Origin: a virus
Lineage: Duplodnaviria; Caudoviricetes
Length of the DNA: 40,979 nt
IMG/VR virus record: IMGVR_UViG_3300038436_000256
Location: 1 to 40,979 of that record
Direction: 5' to 3' (one strand)
Position numbers and translations under genes: made by a program. Under the pieces are notes generated by a model. It was not told the origin of the DNA, did no database searches, and saw only the letters and a program-made list of their open reading frames with translations. Below, in pieces: positions 35,377 to 40,979 of this stretch. Every line of letters begins with the position of its first letter. Positions within the stretch are counted from its first letter, which is position 1.

Positions 35377-35775
35377 ATGGCAGGAACAACCACATATACA
35401 TTTGACCAGAGGCGTAGCGGCATAACCCGTTACGATGTTGCTTACACGGCTGATGCAGCGGACGGGTCGATTCCGTCACTCGCTGTTAATGTTGTCGATG
35501 GCCTGCTCATGCATTGGGAGCATAACCCGGGCGCGACCCCGGCAACATCAGGCCTTGCGGTAACCCTGGCCCAGGAGGGCACGGGTGTCGATGCCCTGTG
35601 CGGCGGCGGGGTTATCACCACGACTTCGGGCGCGAACGATTTCGGCGGGCCGACTCCGAACGGCAGCAATATCACGCCGGTACCTGTTTCCGGGAGCCTG
35701 ACCTTTGCGGCGACCGGGAACAGCGTAAATTCTGCAGTCGGCGTGTTCTCCTTCTACATCATGGCCACCCTCTAA
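35377..35775 (+). CDS. putative virion structural protein
   Basis: G/T/A-rich beta-type 132 aa. Confidence 0.55.
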   Translation: MAGTTTYTFDQRRSGITRYDVAYTADAADGSIPSLAVNVVDGLLMHWEHNPGATPATSGLAVTLAQEGTGVDALCGGGVITTTSGANDFGGPTPNGSNITPVPVSGSLTFAATGNSVNSAVGVFSFYIMATL

Positions 35776-37796
35776 TGGACCGGCGCGGAAGAACTGCCCT
35801 GCGGTTTATCCTGTCCGGCTGCTGGGGCGGAGGTCCTACGCTACGGTTCCCAGCCTTAACCACCCTCCTGTATGCAGGCATAGGCTCTGCCGCTTTCACC
35901 CGTGCATCCGATACGGTCTTTACCGACCATGAGGGATTGCTGCACCAGGTGACGATCAACAACGAGGCGACGTTTACCGGGGTGCGACGGCTCCACAACC
36001 TCTTTCCCTCCAGCTCTGGTCCGAATACCCAGGATGTGGCATTGGGTATCGGCGTGTATATGCTCCAGGTCGCCGGCGACGCTACGGTGTCGGCGATCTC
36101 ATCGGCCAATACCGCTACAATTACCGGCGGAGGCTCCGCTGTTCCTGGCACACCCAATATTTTCACTGTAACCTCATACGGGTCTGTGACAATTACTATT
36201 GTAAATAGATCTTCAATAACAGGCATTGTCCTGCACAACATCACTGGAGAATCTGACCAGACAACTGAGCGCGAGTTTATTCAGTCCGATGTGACTTATG
36301 ACGGGCTTGGCGTGGCCGGAGTTCGGTATTTTAATACTGCTATTGACGGAACCGCGCTTGCTACCGGCAAGGGTTTTAGCCGCCAAGGGGCCTCAACCAA
36401 CAAGATAGCTGGGGCATATAATGCAGTCGGGCCGGATATGCTGTCCGCTGAGCTCATAACGAATGAAGCTGACAGGACATTCAGTGGCGATACTGGATTT
36501 TGGCTTACAGACCCTGAAACTACGATAACTGGCGGGGAGGTAGTCTTTGCTGCTGCAAGTGGAGCAGCGCTTTTTCACTACGAGGCGACTGAGCTTGGTA
36601 AAATATACAGAATAACATACACTATCAAGACGCTTACTGCTGGGACAATCTATGTAAGATTAGGCAATACTGGCAATGGTACTACGAGAAATGCTGTTGG
36701 TACTTATACTGAAGACATAACTTGTTCAGGGACTACCACACTTACTTTCTACGCTACAGCATTAACCGCAACACTTGACGACGTATCGCTTAAAGAAGTA
36801 GGCGCTGCGAAAAGAGACGGAACGTTTGTAACAGGTCTTGGCACAGGTACAATAGCAAAGCGTGTAGCTGTTGCCACTTGGTACAATCCAATTCCAGGTA
36901 TCGTTGGCAGTGGCGGTACAGATGGTCAGTCTTACATACAGGTAGTTAGTGACATCGCCAAGATTTCCTCAGCCAAACTAATCAGATTGATCCCCAGCGG
37001 CAAGGTCTATAAGGCCGTTGCCGGCGCTACGGCGAGTATGGATATCACCCTGGCCGGCAATCTCAGTCCGTCGTCACATGCGGTCTGGCTGTACGCGAGG
37101 GGTGATTCTGCTGCTGCTGATGCCATAGCGCTTGGAGACGCCACTGCAGGCATGGGGGCACCTGTCCCCCTGACAAACGAGTACCAGCTGATTCAAAGGG
37201 TTTACACCGCTGGGATCGGCGGGACGAAATATACTATTCCAGCCGGAGATACCGTGTATCTCTGCCTCATGCAATCAGAGTTGGGGGTCACACCAACAGC
37301 GCCGATCACCGTTGAAGGGGCTGCGGTCTCACGAGCGAGTGGCGACCTGGTGATACCGATAGCGGACGGCACCAACTTCTCGCAGGCAGCCGGGACGGCA
37401 ACGGTTGAGTTTACTGCAGGGTTTGATTCGAGCGTTACCCCTAATAACTCAATAATCCCCATCTTATCCACCAATACAAAAACACTCAATCTTCTGTACA
37501 TAAGGAGGTCTGTTGTCGGTGATCTATCAATAGGCACATACGACGGAACCACATATTTCACATCAAATACACTGTCAGAATTCTCAAGCGGTGACACTAT
37601 AACCTTCACTGTTACCTGGGCAAAGCAAAAGAGCTTGATGAACAACAAGGCTTCCACTGATGCGTGGGGTGCTACTGCGGCCTATGACGGAGCATTCCAG
37701 TTGGGATCGTATTGGGAAGTAGGATACAACACAAGTTATCCGTTCAGCTTAAAAAATATTGCAGTGAACGGGAGTTACGACAAAGCTGGTTTATAA
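35775..37796 (+). CDS. second tail fibre / receptor-binding protein with carbohydrate-binding-like modules
   Basis: FTRAS motif, GK.YRITYTI...LDDVSLKEV CBM-like segment, LamG-like C-terminus; TAATG coupling; mosaic base composition. Confidence 0.6.
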   Translation: MDRRGRTALRFILSGCWGGGPTLRFPALTTLLYAGIGSAAFTRASDTVFTDHEGLLHQVTINNEATFTGVRRLHNLFPSSSGPNTQDVALGIGVYMLQVAGDATVSAISSANTATITGGGSAVPGTPNIFTVTSYGSVTITIVNRSSITGIVLHNITGESDQTTEREFIQSDVTYDGLGVAGVRYFNTAIDGTALATGKGFSRQGASTNKIAGAYNAVGPDMLSAELITNEADRTFSGDTGFWLTDPETTITGGEVVFAAASGAALFHYEATELGKIYRITYTIKTLTAGTIYVRLGNTGNGTTRNAVGTYTEDITCSGTTTLTFYATALTATLDDVSLKEVGAAKRDGTFVTGLGTGTIAKRVAVATWYNPIPGIVGSGGTDGQSYIQVVSDIAKISSAKLIRLIPSGKVYKAVAGATASMDITLAGNLSPSSHAVWLYARGDSAAADAIALGDATAGMGAPVPLTNEYQLIQRVYTAGIGGTKYTIPAGDTVYLCLMQSELGVTPTAPITVEGAAVSRASGDLVIPIADGTNFSQAAGTATVEFTAGFDSSVTPNNSIIPILSTNTKTLNLLYIRRSVVGDLSIGTYDGTTYFTSNTLSEFSSGDTITFTVTWAKQKSLMNNKASTDAWGATAAYDGAFQLGSYWEVGYNTSYPFSLKNIAVNGSYDKAGL

Positions 37797-37809
37797 GGAG
37801 GGCATTGAT

Positions 37810-38325
37810 ATGAAAAGATTGTTTCTATTATCTGTACTTTTTCCGGCGCTTCTGCTGCTGGGCGGATGCGTGCTCACTGGCGGAAACAACGCCCGCACCA
37901 CACAGCATCTGGATGGACGAATTGTCACGGAAGAAATGTCAGATGACGCGATCTACTACCAGGAGGCGTCAAAGTTCCTTGGCGCCGGATCGGTCGCGAC
38001 AAACTGCCCCACCTGCACCCCGGGCGAACTGGTTGCGATGGAGGCATTCCGCACGATCCGGGTTGTCATGGGTGGAGGGTTCCCGGCGAGGGGCATGAAC
38101 GGGTTTGAACTGGCTGCAAAGGTTTCGGGTGATATCAAGGAGGGTCTGCCGGCCATCGGCCTGATTTCCGCTGTCCGGTATCTGGCAAAGCGGCCGAACA
38201 GCGTGGAGTTCAACGGCGACGGCAACGCTTACAACGTGGTGGATACGGTGGGATCGAGCAACTCCACGACTATCCCCATGTTCTCCCCGCCGACCACGAC
38301 CACGACCACCTACGCCCCGCAGTAG
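37810..38325 (+). CDS. lipoprotein
   Basis: MKRLFLLSVLFPALLLLGG-C lipobox; AAGGAGG RBS. Confidence 0.7.
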   Translation: MKRLFLLSVLFPALLLLGGCVLTGGNNARTTQHLDGRIVTEEMSDDAIYYQEASKFLGAGSVATNCPTCTPGELVAMEAFRTIRVVMGGGFPARGMNGFELAAKVSGDIKEGLPAIGLISAVRYLAKRPNSVEFNGDGNAYNVVDTVGSSNSTTIPMFSPPTTTTTTYAPQ

Positions 38326-38335
38326 AGGTGCAGCC

Positions 38336-38599
38336 ATGACCACACAAAAAAAGACACAGACAGGGCTCAAAACATCTGAACTGTGGCTGGTTATCGGCTG
38401 TGTCCTTGACCATGTCGCCCGGCAATCTGACTTGTACGAACTGATAAAGGGCCATGCCCTGACCACCGCCGAGCAGGTGCGGGAGGTGGCCGAGCAGCTG
38501 CACGGGATAGACCCTGGCGCTGACCCGACCAGCGTTTACACCCTGGCAGCGGTCTATGTTGTCGGCCGCGTCGCCCTCAAGTGGCGTGCGGAGCGATGA
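38336..38599 (+). CDS. possible holin
   Basis: GLKTSELWL motif, hydrophobic segments, lysis-region position; GAGGTG RBS. Confidence 0.45.
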   Translation: MTTQKKTQTGLKTSELWLVIGCVLDHVARQSDLYELIKGHALTTAEQVREVAEQLHGIDPGADPTSVYTLAAVYVVGRVALKWRAER

Positions 38600-38721
38600 A
38601 GCTCAAGACCTTTTACGCAGCGGTCTCCCTTCTCGCCGCCCTGGCGTTGTGGGTATTAGCGCAGTTGCCTGAGTTTTTCTGTACCGTATGGCATGACCTC
38701 AAGTGGGCAGCAGGACAATGA
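38596..38721 (+). CDS. 41-aa single-TM peptide (not in ORF track)
   Basis: MKLKTFYAAVSLLAALALWVLAQLPEFF...; ATGA overlaps at both ends. Confidence 0.5.
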   Translation: MKLKTFYAAVSLLAALALWVLAQLPEFFCTVWHDLKWAAGQ

Positions 38722-39245
38722 ACTATATCTACTATGGCCAGTATACCGGATTCTCCTTTACCTCCTGGTACATACGGCTGTTTACCTGGAGCCGACGCAG
38801 CCACACGGCAGCATTCCGCCCTCCGGTCAACGGCGAGTTCGGCAACGTGATAGAGGCCTGGGGCGGCGGCGTGGTTGAGCGACATTGGACAAGTGGCCAT
38901 CGGCCGGGCACTATCATAGATGTCTACCGAGTTCCATGCTCTCAGTCGCAGGCGGATGATTTTTACCGGGTCATGGCCGCACAGAAGGGAGCAAAATATG
39001 ATTTTTTGGGCATTGCGTCCTTTGGCATCAGGATGAATATCGGCAACAAAAAACGGTGGTTTTGCTCAGAGCTGGTTGCCTACGCGGCTGACATGGCGCG
39101 GATCGTCCTGCTGCCGAACATTCCTCCGCACAAAGTTTACCCAGGGCTGCTCGATCTGGTCAAGGATGCGGAGCAGGTGGCCACACTGGTGGTCCCCCCG
39201 AAAGAACGAATGGATATCACCGGCGAGCCGGCCCCGGCCCGGTAA
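38718..39245 (+). CDS. permuted papain-like NlpC/P60 (YiiX/YebB-like) amidase
   Basis: SHTAA...IEA...G.KYDFLG...WFCSELV (His before Cys). Confidence 0.8.
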   Translation: MNYIYYGQYTGFSFTSWYIRLFTWSRRSHTAAFRPPVNGEFGNVIEAWGGGVVERHWTSGHRPGTIIDVYRVPCSQSQADDFYRVMAAQKGAKYDFLGIASFGIRMNIGNKKRWFCSELVAYAADMARIVLLPNIPPHKVYPGLLDLVKDAEQVATLVVPPKERMDITGEPAPAR

Positions 39246-39258
39246 AGGAAGGGACGCG

Positions 39259-39582
39259 ATGCAGGTGCAGGACCTCGAAAGTTACGGCAAGGTCGGCGGG
39301 TTTCTGATCATTGTCTTCTCGTCGGTATCGGCGTTCGTCTGGAAATCGCGCCAGCAGGGGGAGAAGATCAATGACCTGGAGGCAGCGGTATTCCCTGACG
39401 ATCCGGCCAAGAAACTGCTGTCTCTCGGATGGCACGACCGTATACAGGCAGATTGTGAGCGGCAGAGGGCAAAGGACATGGAGATCCTTGCCGGGCACAT
39501 TGTGGAGAAAATAAGCAAGGAGCTGGGGCCGATCAAAGAGGATCTGTCGGTTCTCAAGGCACTTCGTGGCGGTGGAAAATGA
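39259..39582 (+). CDS. single-TM membrane protein
   Basis: VGGFLIIVFSSVSAFVW followed by coiled coil; AAGGAAGG RBS. Confidence 0.55.
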   Translation: MQVQDLESYGKVGGFLIIVFSSVSAFVWKSRQQGEKINDLEAAVFPDDPAKKLLSLGWHDRIQADCERQRAKDMEILAGHIVEKISKELGPIKEDLSVLKALRGGGK

Positions 39583-39956
39583 GATTAACTATTGCCTTCA
39601 CGGCACTCCTGCTCATCTGCTCGCCGTGCCTTGCCGGGGACCGCCTCAATAAGGAATTTTATTACCGGGATATCTGGTGCAGCTCGCACCACGGACAGGT
39701 CCCGACCAAGGTTGTCAATCATCGTATTCCGGATTGCATCGTTCCTGGCATGGCAGCTGTGGAGTTCGATTTCGCCGACAAATACCGGGAAGGGATCGTC
39801 CAGGCCGATGAATATGGCGAGGATACCGGGTTGTCTCCTGTCCTGGTCCTGATCTCTGAGCGGCCGGATAAGGAAGAACATTTTATCGAGAGCGCCAGGG
39901 AGTTTACCCGCCGGCACAAGATCCCGGTCCGGATTGAAGTGGTTGGCCCACAATGA
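39579..39956 (+). CDS. signal-peptide protein with PD-(D/E)XK-like motif
   Basis: Signal peptide (CLA-G), PDC...AVEFDFADK...Q...Y. Confidence 0.55.
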   Translation: MRLTIAFTALLLICSPCLAGDRLNKEFYYRDIWCSSHHGQVPTKVVNHRIPDCIVPGMAAVEFDFADKYREGIVQADEYGEDTGLSPVLVLISERPDKEEHFIESAREFTRRHKIPVRIEVVGPQ

Positions 39957-40126
39957 AGGACGGAGAGTTCGGCCCATGCCGCCTTTGCGTGGTCTGCTCC
40001 TGGGATATCTGGATTCCGGTTTTGCGGAATAATGACCCTGCCTTCCCCTGGACGATGTGGTTTTTCCAGGGGAAACATGTTCAGGAGTTGCACAAACCGA
40101 TCAGGGGAATGAGGATGGAATTATGA
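39953..40126 (+). CDS. possible 57-aa hypothetical protein
   Basis: ATGA overlaps at both ends fill the gap exactly. Confidence 0.35.
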   Translation: MKDGEFGPCRLCVVCSWDIWIPVLRNNDPAFPWTMWFFQGKHVQELHKPIRGMRMEL

Positions 40127-40599
40127 ACGCAAACCGCAAGGCATTCCTCGACGCCATCGCCTGGGCGGAAGGCACGGCCGGCCTGGGCGATGATGGGTAC
40201 AATGTAATCGTGACCGGGATTGACGGGCGGCTTGAACTGTTCTCGGATTACAGTGACCACCCGTTTGCAGGAGGTAGATTATCAAAGCTGATTAACAACA
40301 GTGGGCTGAGATCCAGCGCCTCTGGAAGATATCAGTTCATGCTGCGGGATTGGGAGCATTACCGGCGGCTGTTACAGCTTCCGGACTTCGGGCCAGAATC
40401 ACAAGACCGGTGGGCAATCCAACTCATCAAGGAGCGCCGGGCTCTGGCTGACATTGACGCCGGGAGATTTGAGGTTGCTGTGGCGAAGGTGAGGAACATC
40501 TGGGCCAGCCTCCCGGGTGCAGGTTATGGGCAGCCGGAGAGGAAACTTTCCAGGTTGCGGAAGGCTTATGTTGATGCCGGCGGGGCATTGATCGGCTAA
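40123..40599 (+). CDS. endolysin, lambda R-type lytic transglycosylase
   Basis: AFLD.IAWAEGT...Y.DHP...SSASGRYQF...DFGPESQD..A...WASLPGAGYGQ. Confidence 0.92.
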   Translation: MNANRKAFLDAIAWAEGTAGLGDDGYNVIVTGIDGRLELFSDYSDHPFAGGRLSKLINNSGLRSSASGRYQFMLRDWEHYRRLLQLPDFGPESQDRWAIQLIKERRALADIDAGRFEVAVAKVRNIWASLPGAGYGQPERKLSRLRKAYVDAGGALIG

Positions 40600-40979
40600 T
40601 GATTACTCACCTGGCGCATGTCCCTATTTTCTGCAGATCGGTTTTCTTTGTCGGGAATTGTTCAAGAGCGGACGCAGAGGAGGCAGTTTATCGACTCTGG
40701 GAAAAGCGGACGCAGGTATCATTTACCCATTCGGCCCTCGGCTGCGTTCGGGCCAGCGGAGGGGATATCTTTGTTTGGGCTAAAGACCTGGCCCGCTCAA
40801 GCATTGTTGCCCACGAGCTTGCCCACGCCGCTTGCTCGATCATGGAGGAATCCGGGATACCGCAGTGCAAAGAGACGGAAGAGGTTATGTGCTACCTGAT
40901 CGGGTGGCTCAAGCTGAATGTCCAGGACAAGGTTTATCGCAAGCTGGAGAAGGTCAGGAAAAAGAAAAAGCGGAAATGA
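40599..40979 (+). CDS. HExxH motif (zincin-like) small protein
   Basis: IVAHELAHA...EEVMCY. Confidence 0.6.
   Translation: MITHLAHVPIFCRSVFFVGNCSRADAEEAVYRLWEKRTQVSFTHSALGCVRASGGDIFVWAKDLARSSIVAHELAHAACSIMEESGIPQCKETEEVMCYLIGWLKLNVQDKVYRKLEKVRKKKKRK

Noticed and set aside
34242-35774. Upstream extensions of ORFs 34242 and 35598 (likewise 995, 5836, 5919, 39076, 40057)
   Set aside because: They overlap a terminator or upstream genes; internal ATGs with RBS or stop-start coupling are better starts.
16732-37796. Diversity-generating retroelement acting on the tail fibres
   Set aside because: No reverse transcriptase and no TR/VR pair noticed by eye.
40043-40074. 10-bp inverted repeat TTCCCCTGGA/TCCAGGGGAA before the endolysin
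   Set aside because: No U-tract and it lies in a possible small ORF; function cannot be supported.

Overview
The window is part of a tailed dsDNA phage or prophage genome with podovirus-like organisation and probably a Gram-negative host. Almost all genes are on the + strand. The order is: replication/DNA metabolism (PAPS-reductase-like, MBL hydrolase, HNH, initiator with iterons, loader-like), terminase, portal, scaffold, major capsid, tail adaptor/nozzle, tail fibre, putative ejection proteins, a 3366-aa polyvalent protein, a second structural/fibre module, and lysis genes. No integrase, tRNA or reverse transcriptase was seen. Four features stand out. (1) A complete HNH endonuclease gene, with its own near-consensus promoter and RBS, sits antisense inside the 3366-aa gene, apparently in place of an ART-like module, without breaking the host reading frame. 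(2) The capsid gene is split by a 1513-nt group I intron (11182-12694) carrying two divergently transcribed homing endonucleases: an antisense LAGLIDADG and a sense HNH. (3) A solitary type I-C CRISPR-repeat-like sequence lies right behind a sigma70-type promoter and is a candidate RNA anti-CRISPR. (4) Two operon leaders 30 kb apart share a covarying RNA hairpin followed by a terminator, a candidate antitermination element. All protein assignments come from motif recognition and synteny by eye; no database searches were run.
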